The notes under the pieces were generated by a model. It made no database searches and was not told the origin of the DNA. It was given only the letters and a program-made list of their open reading frames with translations. This document shows, piece after piece, positions 26,901 to 39,290 of a stretch of DNA of 64,000 nt (positions are counted from its first letter, which is position 1; each line of letters opens with the position of its first letter). Position numbers and translations under genes: made by a program. The stretch is from Eledone cirrhosa (lineage: Eukaryota): assembly GCA_964016885.1 (NCBI GenBank), contig OZ024740.1:16368001-16432000 (forward strand), given 5' to 3'.

Positions 26901-29900
26901 GCTTCTGGACAGAGGTTTATAGGGAGATATCAGTGTTAATATGGTGGCTTCTGGACAGAGGTTTACAGGGAGACATCAGTGTAAATGTGGTGGCATCTGG
27001 ACAGAGGTTTACAATGAGACATCAGTGCAAATATGGTGTCTTCTGGACAGAGCTTTACAGGGAGACATTAGTGTAAATATGGTGGCTTCTAGACAGAGCT
27101 TTACAGGGAGATATCAGAGTGAATATGGTGGCTTCTGGACAGAGGTTTACAGGGAGATATCAGTGTAAATATGGTGGCTTCTGGACAGAGCTTTACAGGG
27201 AGACATCAGTGTAAATATGGTGGCTTCTAGACGGAGGTTTACAGGGAGACATCAGTGTTAATATGGTGGTTTATAGACAGAGGTTTACAGGGAGACATCA
27301 GTGTAAATATGGTGGCTTCTAGACGGAGGTTTACAGGGAGATATCAGTGTAAATATGGTGTCTTCTGGACAGAGGTTTACAGGGAGATATCAGTGTAAAT
27401 ATGGTGTCTTCTGGACAGAGCTTTACAGGGAGATATCAGAGTAAATATGGTGGCTTCTGGACAGAGCTTTACAGGGAGACATCAGTGTAAATATAGTGGC
27501 TTCTGGAGAGAGGATTACAGGGAGACATCAATGTAGGTATGGTGGCTTCTAGAGAGAGATTTACAGGGAGACATCAGAGTAAATATGGTGGCTTCTAGAT
27601 AGAGGTTTACAGGGAGACAACAGTGTAAATATGGTGGCTTCTAGACAGCGATTTACAGGGAGACATCTGTGTAAATATGGTGGCTTCAAGACAGAGCTTT
27701 ACAGGGAGATATCAGAGTAAATATGGTGGCTTCTAGACAAAGCATTACAGGGAGACATCAGTGTAAATATGGTGGCTTCTAGACAGAGGTTTACTGGGAG
27801 ACATCAGTGTAAATATGGTGGCTTCTAGACAAAGCTTTACAGGGAGACATCAGTGTAAATATGGTGGCTTCTAGACAGAGGTTTACAGGGAGACATCAGT
27901 GTAATTATGATGGCTTCTAGACGGAGATTTACAGGGAGACATCAGTGTAAATATGGTGGCTTCTGGACAGAGGTTTACAGGGAGACATCAGTGTTAATAT
28001 GGTGGCATCTGGACAAAGGTTTACAGGGACACATCAGTGTAAATATGGTGGCATCTGGACAAATGTTTACAAGGACACATCAGTGTAAATATGGTGGCTT
28101 CTTGACAGAGCTTTACAGGGAGATATCAGAGTAAATATGGTCGCTTCTAGACAGAGGTTTACAGGGAGACATCAGTGTAACTATGATGGCTTCTAGACGG
28201 AGATTTACAGGGAGACATCAGTGTAAATATGGTGGCTTCTGGACAGAGGTTTACAGGGAGACATTAGTGTAAATATGGTGGCTTCTGGACAGAGGTTTAT
28301 AGGGAGATATCAGTGTTAATATGGTGGCTTCTGGACAGAGGTTTACAGGGAGACATCAGTGTAAATGTGGTGGCATCTGGACAGAGGTTTACAGGGAGAC
28401 ATCAGTGTAAATATGGTGTCTTCTGGACAGAGCTTTACAGGGAGACATTAGTGTAAATATGGTGGCTTCTAGTCAGAGCTTTACAGGGAGATATCAGAGT
28501 AAATATGGTGGCTTCTAGACAAAGCTTTACAGGGAGACATCACTGTAAATATGGTGGCTTCTAGACAGAGGTTTACTTGGAGACACCAGTGTAAATATGG
28601 TGGCTTCTAGACAAAATTTTGCAGGGAGACATCAGTGTAAATATGGTGGCTTCTTGACAGAGCTTTACAGGGAGATATCATAGTAAATATGGTGGCTTCT
28701 AGACAGAGGTTTACAGGGAGACATCAGAGTAAATATGGTGGCTTCTAGACAGAGGTTTACAGGGAGACATCAGTGTAAATATGGTGGCTTCTGGATAGAG
28801 GTTTACAGGGAGACATCAGTGTAAATATGGTGGCTTCTGGACAGAGGTTTACAGGGAGACATTAGTGTAAATATGGTGGCTTCTGGACAGATGTTTATAG
28901 GGAGATATCAGTGTTCATATGGTCGCTTCTGGACAGAGGTTTACAGGGAGACATCAGTGTAAATCTGGTGGCATCTGGACAGAGGTTTACAGGGAGACAT
29001 CAGTGTAAATATGGTGTCTTCTGGACAGAGCTTTACAGGGAGACATTAGTGTAAATATGGTGGCTTCTAGACAGAGCTTTACAGGGAAACATCAGTGTAG
29101 AAATGGTTGCTTCTGGACAGAGGTTTACAGGGAGACATCACTGTAAATATGGTGGCTTCTGGACAGAGGTTTACAGGGAGACATCAGTGTAAATATGGTG
29201 GCTTCTGGATTGAGGTTTACAGGGAGACATCAGTGTAAATATGGTGGCTTCTGGACAGAGGTTTACAGGGAGACATCAGTGTAAATATGGTGGCTTCTGG
29301 ACAGAGCATTACAGGGAGATATCAGTGTAAATATGGTGGCTTCTGGACAGAGGTTTACAGGGAGACATCAGTATAAATATGGTGGCTTCTGGACAGAGGT
29401 TTACAGGGAGATATCAATGTAAATATGGTGGCTTATGGACAGAGGTATACAGGGAGACATCAGTGTAAATATGGTGGCTTCTAGACAGAGCTTTACAGGG
29501 AGATATCAGAGTAAATATGGTGGCTTCTAAACAAAGCTTTACAGAGAGACATCAGTGTAAATATGGTGGCTTCTAGACAGGTTTACTGGGAGACATCAGT
29601 GTAAATATCGTGGCTTCTAGACAGAGCTTTACAGGGAGACATCAGTGTAAATATGGTGGCATCTGGACGGAGGTTTACAGGGACACATTAGTGTAAATAT
29701 GGTGGCTTCTAGACAGAGCTTTACAGGGAGACATCAGTGGTGTAAATATGGTGGCTTCTGGACAGAGATTTACAGGGAGACATCAGTGTAAATATGGTGG
29801 CTTCTGGACAGAGGTTTATAGGGAGATATCAGTGTTAATATGGTGGCTTCTGGACAGAGCTTTACAGGGAGACATTAGTGTAAATATGGTGGCTTCTAGA

Positions 29901-31750
29901 CAGAGCTTTACAGGGAGATATCAGAGTGAATATGGTGGCTTCTGGACAGAGCTTTACAGGGAGACATCAGTGTAAATATGGTGGCTTCTAGACGGAGGTT
30001 TACAGGGAGACATCAGTGTTAATATGGTGGCTTCTAGACAGAGGTTTACAGGGAGACATCAGTGTAAATATGGTGGCTTCTAGACGGAGGTTTACAGGGA
30101 GATATCAGTGTAAATATGGTGTCTTCTGGACAGAGGTTTACAGGGAGATATCAGTGTAAATATGGTGTCTTCTGGACAGAGCTTTACAGGGAGATATCAG
30201 AGTAAATATAGTGGCTTCTGGAGAGAGGATTACAGGGAGACATCAGTGTAGGTATGGTGGCTTCTAGACAGAGATTTACAGGGAGACATCAGAGTAAATA
30301 TGGTGGCTTCTAGACAGAGGTTTACTGGGAGACATCAGTGTAAATATGGTGGCATCTGGACAAAGGTTTACAAGGACACATCAGTGTAAATATGGTGGCT
30401 TCTTGACAGAGCTTTACAGGGAGATATCAGAGTAAATATGGTGGCTTCTAGACAGAGGTTTACAGGGAGACATCAGTGTAAATATGGTGGCTTCTGGACA
30501 GAGGTTTACAGGGAGACATTAGTGTAAATATGGTGGCTTCTGGACAGAGGTTTATAGGGAGATATCAGTGTTAATATGGTGGCTTCTGGACAGAGGTTTA
30601 TAGGGAGACATCAGTGTAAATGTGGTGGCATCTGGACAGAGGTTTACAGGGAGACATCAGTGTAAATATGGTTTCTTCTGGACAGAGCTTTACAGGGAGA
30701 CATTAGTGTAAATATGGGGGCTTCTAGTCAGAGCTTTACAGGGAGATATCAGAGTAAATATGGTGGCTTCTAGACAAAGCTTTACAGGGAGACATCACTG
30801 TAAATATGGTGGCTTCTAGACAGAGGTTTACTGGGAGACACCAGTGTAAATATGGTGGCTTCTAGACAAAGTTTTACAGGGAGACATCAGTGTAAATATG
30901 GTGGCTTCTAGACAGAGCTTTACAGGGAGACATCAGTGTAAATATGGTGGCTTCTAGATAGAGCTTTACAGGGAGACATCAGTGTAAAAATGGTTGCTTC
31001 TGGACAGAAGTTTACAGGTAGACATCAGTGTAAATATGGTGGCTTCTGGACAGATTTTACAGGGAGACATCAGTGTAAATATGTTGGCTTCTAGACAGAG
31101 GTTTACAGGGAGGCATCAGTGTAAATATGGTGGCTTCTGGATAGAGGTTTACAGGGAGACATCAGTGTAAATATGGTGGCTTCTGGACAGAGGTTTACAG
31201 GGAGACATCAGTGTAAATATGGTGGCTTCTGCACAGAGCTTTACAGGGAGATATCAGTGTAAATATGGTGGCTTCTGGACAGAGGTTTACAGGGAGACAT
31301 CAGTGTAAATATGGTGGCTTCTGGACAGAAGTTTACAGGGAGACAGCAGTGTAAATATGGTGGGCCTAGACAGGTTTACAAGGAGACATCTGTTTAAATA
31401 CGGTGGCTTCTGGACAGATGTTTACAGGGAGACATCAGTGTAAATATGGTGGCTTCTAGACAGAGCTTTACAGGGAGACATCAGTGTAAATATGGTGGCT
31501 TCTGGACAGAGGTTTACAGGGAGATATCAATGTAAATATGGTGGCTTATGGACAGAGGTTTACAGGGAGACATCAGTGTAAATATCGTGGCTTCTAGACA
31601 GAGCTTTACAGGGAGATATCAGAGTAATTATGGTGGCTTCTAGACAAAGCTTTACAGGGAGACATCAGTGTAAATATGGTGGCTTCTAGACAGGTTTACT
31701 AGGAGACATCAGTGTAAATATCTTGGTTTCTAGACAAAGCTTTACAGGGA
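26900..31750 (+). repeat. Two further, more diverged and internally deleted copies of the 3-4 kb block
   Basis: Marker TAGTGGCTTCTGGAGAGAGGATTAC at 16821, 19672, 23765, 27494 and 30209; shared GAGTGAAT, CTAGTCAGAGC and GACACCAGT variants in the same order. Confidence 0.65.
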
Positions 31751-33999
31751 GACATCAGTGTAAATATGGTGGCTTCTAGACAGAGCTTTACAGGGAGACA
31801 TCAGTGTAAATATGGTGGCTTCTAGACAGAGCTTTACAGGGAGACATCAGTGTAAATATGGTGGCTTCTACACAGAGCTTTACAGGGAGACATCAGTGTA
31901 AATATGTTGGCTTCTAGACAAAGCTTTACAGGGAGACATCAGTGTAAATATGGTGGCATCTGGACAAAGGTTTACAGGGACACATCAGTGTAATTATGGT
32001 GGCTTCTAGACAGAGCTTTACAGGGAGATATCAGAGTAAATATTGTGGCTTCTAGACAGAGGTTTACAGGGAGACATCAGTGAAAATATGGTGGGTTCTA
32101 GACAGAGGTTTACAGGGAGGCATCTGTGTAAATATGGTGGCTTCTGGACAGAGGTTTACAGGGAGACATCAGTGTAAATATGGTGGCTTCTAGATAGAGG
32201 TTTACAGGGAGACATCAGTGTAAATATGGTGGCTTCTAGACAGAGCTTTACAGGGAGATTTCAGAGTAAATATCGTGGCTTCTGGACAAAGCTTTACAGG
32301 GAGACATCAGTGTAAATATGGTGGCTTCTAGACAGAGCTTTGCATGGAGACATAAGTGTAAATATGGTGGCTTCTGGACAGAGGTTTACAGGGAGACATC
32401 AGTGTAAATGTGGTGGCATCTGGACAGAGGTTTACAGGGAGACATCAGTGTAAATATGGTGTCTTCTGGACAGAGCTTTACAGGGAGACATTAGTGTAAA
32501 TATGGTGGCTTCTAGACAGAGCTTTACAGGGAGATATCAGAGTAAATATGGTGGCTTCTGGACAGAGGTTTACAGGGAGACATCAGTGTAAATATGGTGG
32601 CTTCTGGACAGAGGTTTGCAGGGAGACATCAGTGTAAATATGGTGTCTTCTGGACAGAGCTTTACAGGGAGACATTAGTGTAAATATGGTGGCTTCTAGA
32701 CAGAGATTTACAGGGAGATATCAGAGTAAATATGGTGGCTTCTGGACAGAGGTTTACAGGGAGACATCAGTGTAAATATGGTGGCTTCTAGACAGAGGTT
32801 TACAGGGAGACATCAGTGTAAATATGTTGGCTTCTGGACAGAAGTTTACAGAGAGTATCAGTGTAAATATGGTGACTTCTGGACAGAGGTTTACAGGGAG
32901 ACATCACTGTAAATATGGTTGGTTCTAGACAGAGGTTTACAGGGAGACATCTGTGTAAGTATGGTGGCTTCTGTACAGAGGTTTACAGGGAGACATCAGT
33001 GTAAATATGGTGGCTTCTAGATAGAGGTTTACAGGGAGACATCAGTGTAAATATGGTGGCTTCTAGACAGAGGTTTACTGGGAGACATCACTGTAAATAT
33101 GGTGTCTTCTGGACAGAGCTTTACAGGGAGACATTAGTGTAAATATGGTGGCTTCTAGACAGAGCTTTACAGGGAGATATCAGAGTAAATATGGTGGCTT
33201 CTGGACTGAGGTTTACAGGGAGACATCAGTGTAAATATGGTTACTTCTGGACAGAGGTTTACAGGGAGATATTAGTGTAAAAATGGTGGCTTCTAGACAG
33301 ATGTTTACTGGGAGACATCAGTGTAAATATGGTGGCTTCTAGACAAAGATTTACAGGGAGACATCAGTGTAAATATGGTGGCTTCTAGACAGAGCTTTAC
33401 AGGGAGACATCAGTATAAAAAGGGTGGCTTCTAGACAGAGCTTTACAGGGAGACATCAGTGTAAAAATGGTTGCTTCTGGAAAGGTTTACAGGGAGACAT
33501 CAGTGTAAATATGGTGGCTTCTGGACAGAGGTTTACAGGGAGGCATCAGTGTAAATATGTTGGCTTCTAGACAGAGGTTTACAGGGAAACATCAGTGTAA
33601 ATAAGGTGGCTTCTGGATAGAGGTTTACAGGGAGACATCAGTGTAAATATGGTGGCTTCTGGACAGAGGTTTACAGGGAGACATCAGTGTAAATATGGTG
33701 GCTTCTGGACAGAGCTTTACAGGGAGATATCAGAGTAAATATGGTGGCTTCTGGACAGAGGTTTACAGGGAGACATCAGTGTAAATATGGTGGCTTCTGG
33801 ACAGAGGTTTACAGGGAGACATCAGTGTAAATATGGTAGGTCCTAGACAGGTTTACAGGGAGACATCTGTGTAAATATGGTGGCTTCTGGACAGAGGTTT
33901 ACTGGGAGACATCAGTGTAAATATGGTGGATTCTAGACAGAGCTTTACAGGGAGACATCAGTGTAAATATGGTGGCTTCTGGACAGAGTTTTACAGGGA

Positions 34000-36900
34000 G
34001 ACATCAGTGTAAATATGGTGGCATCTGGACAGAGGTTTACAGGGACACATCAGTGTAAATATGGTGGCTTCTAGAGAGAGCTTTACAGGGAGATTTCAGA
34101 GTAAATATCGTGGCTTCTGGACAAAGCTTTACAGGGAGACATCAGTGTAAATATGGTGGCTTCTAGTAAGAGATTTACTGGGAGACATCAGTGTAAATAT
34201 GGTGGCTTCTAGACAGAGCTTTACAGGGAGACAACAGTGTAAATATGGTGGCTTCTGGACAAAGGTTTACAGAGAGATATCAGTGTAAATATGGTGGCTT
34301 CTAGACAGTGCTTTGCAGGGAGACATAAGTGTAAATATGGTGGCTTCTGGACAGAGGTTTACAGGGAGACATCAGAGTAAATATGGTGGCTTCTAGACAG
34401 ACGTTTACAGGGAGACATCAGTGTAATTATGGTGGCATCTAGACAGAGGTTTACAGGGAGACATTAGTGTAAATATGGTGGCTTCTAGACAGAGCTTTAC
34501 AGGGAGATATCAGAGTAAATATGGTGGCTTCTGGACAGAGTTTTACAGGGAGACATCAGTGTAAATATGGTGGCTTCTGGACAGAGGTTTACAGGGAGAC
34601 ATCAGTGTAAATATGGTGGGTCCTAGACAGGTTTACAGGGAGACATCTGTGTAAATATGGTGGCTTCTGGACAGAGGTTTACAGGGAGACATCAGTGTAA
34701 ATATGGTGGATTCTAGACAGAGCTTTACAGGGAGACATCAGTGTAAATATGGTTGCTTCTAGACAGTGGTTTACAGGGAGACATCAGTGTAAATATGGTG
34801 GCTTCTGGACAGAGGTTTACAGGGAGACATCAGTGTAAATATGGTTGCTTCTAGACAGAGGTTTACAGGGAGACATCAGTGTAAATATGGTGGCTTCTGG
34901 ACAGAGGTTTACAGGGAGACATCAGTGTAAAAATGGTTGCTTCTAGACAGAGGTTTACAGGGAGACCTCAGTGTAAATATGGTGGCTTCTGGACAGAGGT
35001 TTACAGGGAGACATTAGTGTAAATATGGTGGCTTCTGGACAGAGCTTTACAGGGAGACATCAGTGTAAATATGGTGGCATCTGGACAGAGGTTTACAGGG
35101 ACACATCAGTGTAAATATGGTGGCTTCTAGACAGAGCTTTACAGGGAGACATCAGTGGTGTAAATATGGTGGCTTCTGGACAGAGATTTACAGGGAGACA
35201 TCAGTGTAAATATGGTGGCATCTGGACAGAGCTTTACAGGGACACATCAGTGTAAATATGGTGGCTTCTAGACAGAGCTTTACAGGGAGATATCAGAGTA
35301 AATATGGTGGCTTCTGGACAGAGGTTTACAGGGAGACATCAGTGTAAATATGGTCGCTTCTAGGGAGAGCTTTACAGGGAGATATCAGAGTAAATATGGT
35401 GGCTTCTGGACAGAGGTTTACAGGGAGACATCAGTGTAAATATGGTGGCTTCTAGACGGAGGTTTACAGGGAGCCATCAGTGTATATATGGTGGCTTCTG
35501 GACAGAGGTTTACAGGGAGACATTAGTGTAAGTATGGTGGCTTCTGGACAGAGCTTTACAGGGAGACATCAGTGTAAATATGTTGGCTTCTGGACAGAAG
35601 TTTACAGAGAGCATCAGTGTAAATATGGTGACTTCTGGACAGAGGTTTACAGGGAGACGTCAGTGTAAATATGGTGGGTTCTAGACAGAGGTTTACAGGG
35701 AGACATCTGTGTAAATATGGTGGCTTCTGGACAGAGGTTTACAGGGAGACATCAGTGTAAATATGGTGGCTTCTAGATAGAGGTTTACAGGGAGACATCA
35801 GTGTAAATATGGTGGCTTCTGGACAGAGGTTTACATGGAGATATCAGTGTAAATATGGTTGCTTCTTGATAGAGCTTTACAGGGAAATATCAGAGTAAAT
35901 ATGGTGGGTTCTAGCCAGAGGTTTACAGGGAGACATCAGTGTAAATATGGTGGCTTCTGGACAGAGTTTTACAGGGAGACATCAGTGTAAATATGTTGGT
36001 TTCTGGACAGAAGTTTACAGAGAGTATCAGTGTAAATATGGTGACTTCTGGACAGAGGTTTACAGGGAGACATCAGTGTAAATATGGTTGGTTCTAGACA
36101 GAGGTTTACAGGGAGACATCTGTGTAAGTATGGTGGCTTCTGTACAGAGGTTTACAGGGAGACATCAGTGTAAATATGGTGGCTTCTAGATAGAGGTTTA
36201 CAGGGAGACATCAGTGTAAATATGGTGGCTTCTAGACAGAGGTTTACTGGGAGACATCACTGTAAATATGGTGTCTTCTGGACAGGGCTTTACAGGGAGA
36301 CAATAGTGTAAATATGGTGGCTTCTAGACAGAGCTTTACAGGGAGATATCAGAGTAAATATGGTGGCTTCTGGACAGAGGTTTACAGGGAGACATCAGTG
36401 TAAATATGGTGGCCTCTAGACAGAGGTTTACAGGGAGACATCAGTCTAAATATGGTGGCTTCTAGACGGAGGTTTACAAGGAGATATCAGTGTAAATATG
36501 GTTACTTCTGGACAGAGGTTTACAGGGAGATATTAGTGCAAATATGGTGTCCTCTGGACAGAGCTTTACAGGGAGATATCAGAGTAAATATGGTGGCTTC
36601 TAGACAAAGCTTTACAGGGAGACATCAGTGTAAATATGGTGGCTTCTAGACAGAGGTTTACTGGGAGACATCAGTGTAAATATGGTGGCTTCTAGACAAA
36701 GCTTTACAGGGAGACATCAGTGTAAATATGGTGGCTTCTAGACAGAGCTTTACAGGGAGACATCAGTGTAAAAAGGGTGGCTTCTAGACAGAGCTTTACA
36801 GGGAGACATCAGTGTAAATATGGTGGCATCTGGACAGAGGTTTACAGGTAGACATCAGTGTAAATATGGTGGCTTCTAGAGAGAGCTTTACAGGGAGATT

Positions 36901-39290
36901 TCAGAGTAAATATCGTGGCTTCTGGACAAAGCTTTACAGGGAGACATCAGTGTAAATATGGTGGCTTCTAGTAAGAGATTTACTGGGAGACATCAGTGTA
37001 AATATGGTGGCTTCTAGACAGAGCTTTACAGGGAGACAACAGTGTAAATATGGTGGCTTCTGGACAAAGGTTTACAGAGAGATATCAGTGTAAATATGGT
37101 GGCTTCTAGACAGTGCTTTGCAGGGAGACATAAGTGTAAATATGGTGGCTTCTGGACAGACGTTTACAGGGAGACATCAGAGTAAATATGGTGGCTTCTA
37201 GACAGACGTTTACAGGGAGACATCAGTGTAAATATGGTGGCATCTAGACAGAGGTTTACAGGGAGACATTAGTGTAAATATGGTGGCTTCTAGACAGAGC
37301 TTTACAGGGAGACATCAGTGTAAATATGGTGGCTTCTGGACAGAGGTTTACAGGGAGACATCAGTGTAAATATGGTGGGTCCTAGACAGGTTTACAGGGA
37401 GACATCTGTGTAAATATGGTGGCTTCTGGACAGAGGTTTACAGGGAGACATCAGTGTAAATATGGTGGATTCTAGACAGAGCTTTACAGGGAGACATCAG
37501 TGTAAATATGGTTGCTTCTAGACAGTGGTTTACAGGGAGACATCAGTGTAAATATGGTGGCTTCTGGACAGAGGTTTACAGGGAGACATCAGTGTAAATA
37601 TGGTTGCTTCTAGACAGAGGTTTACAGGGAGACATCAGTGTAAATATGGTGGCTTCTGGACAGAGGTTTACAGGGAGACATCAGTGTAAAAATGGTTGCT
37701 TCTAGACAGAGGTTTACAGGGAGACCTCAGTGTAAATATGGTGGCTTCTGGACAGAGGTTTACAGGGAGACATTAGTGTAAATATGGTGGCTTCTGGACA
37801 GAGCTTTACAGGGAGACATCAGTGTAAATATGGTGGCATCTGGACAGAGGTTTACAGGGACACATCAGTGTAAATATGGTGGCTTCTAGACAGAGCTTTA
37901 CAGGGAGACATCAGTGGTGTAAATATGGTGGCTTCTGGACAGAGATTTACAGGGAGACATCAGTGTAAATATGGTGGCATCTGGACAGAGCTTTACAGGG
38001 ACACATCAGTGTAAATATGGTGGCTTCTAGACAGAGCTTTACAGGGAGATATCAGAGTAAATATGGTGGCTTCTGGACAGAGGTTTACAGGGAGACATCA
38101 GTGTAAATATGGTCGCTTCTAGGGAGAGCTTTACAGGGAGACGTCAGTGTAAATATGGTGGGTTCTAGACAGAGGTTTACAGGGAGACATCAGTGTAAAT
38201 ATGGTGGCTTCTGGACAGAGGTTTACAGGGAGACATCAGTGTAAATATGGTGGCTTCTAGATAGAGGTTTACAGGGAGACATCAGTGTAAATATGGTGGC
38301 TTCTGGACAGAGGTTTACATGGAGATATCAGTATAAATATGGTTGCTTCTTGATAGAGCTTTACAGGGAAATATCAGAGTAAATATGGTGGGTTCTAGCC
38401 AGAGGTTTACAGGGAGACATCAGTGTAAATATGGTGGCTTCTGGACAGAGTTTTACAGGGAGACATCAGTGTAAATATGTTGGTTTCTGGACAGAAGTTT
38501 ACAGAGAGTATCAGTGTAAATATGGTGACTTCTGGACAGAGGTTTACAGGGAGACATCAGTGTAAATATGGTTGGTTCTAGACAGAGGTTTACAGGGAGA
38601 CATCTGTGTAAGTATGGTGGCTTCTGTACAGAGGTTTACAGAGAGACATCAGTGTAAATATGGTGGCTTCTAGATAGAGGTTTACAGGGAGACATCAGTG
38701 TAAATATGGTGGCTTCTAGACAGAGGTTTACTGGGAGACATCACTGTAAATATGGTGTCTTCTGGACAGGGCTTTACAGGGAGACAATAGTGTAAATATG
38801 GTGGCTTCTAGACAGAGCTTTACAGGGAGATATCAGAGTAAATATGGTGGCTTCTGGACAGAGGTTTACAGGGAGACATCAGTGTAAATATGGTGGCTTC
38901 TAGACAGAGGTTTACAGGGAGACATCAGTCTAAATATGGTGGCTTCTAGACGGAGGTTTACAAGGAGATATCAGTGTAAATATGGTTACTTCTGGACAGA
39001 GGTTTACAGGGAGATATTAGTGCAAATATGGTGTCTTCTGGACAGAGCTTTACAGGGAGATATCAGAGTAAATATGGTGGCTTCTAGACAAAGCTTTACA
39101 GGGAGACATCAGTGTAAATATGGTGGCTTCTAGACAGAGGTTTACTGGGAGACATCAGTGTAAATATGGTGGCTTCTAGACAAAGCTTTACAGGGAGACA
39201 TCAGTGTAAATATGGTGGCATCTAGACAGAGCTTTACAGGGAGACATCAGTGTAAAAAGGGTGGCTTCTAGACAGAGCTTTACAGGGAGA
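34000..39290 (+). repeat. ~2.8-kb tandem duplication (about 34000-36810 / 36810-39290)
   Basis: GTAAGAGATTTACTGG 34166/36971 (2805), CCTAGACAGG 34622/37381 (2759), GGTCGCTTCTAGGGAGAGC 35352/38111 (2759), ORFs 36452/38936 (2484 = 54x46). Confidence 0.85.
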
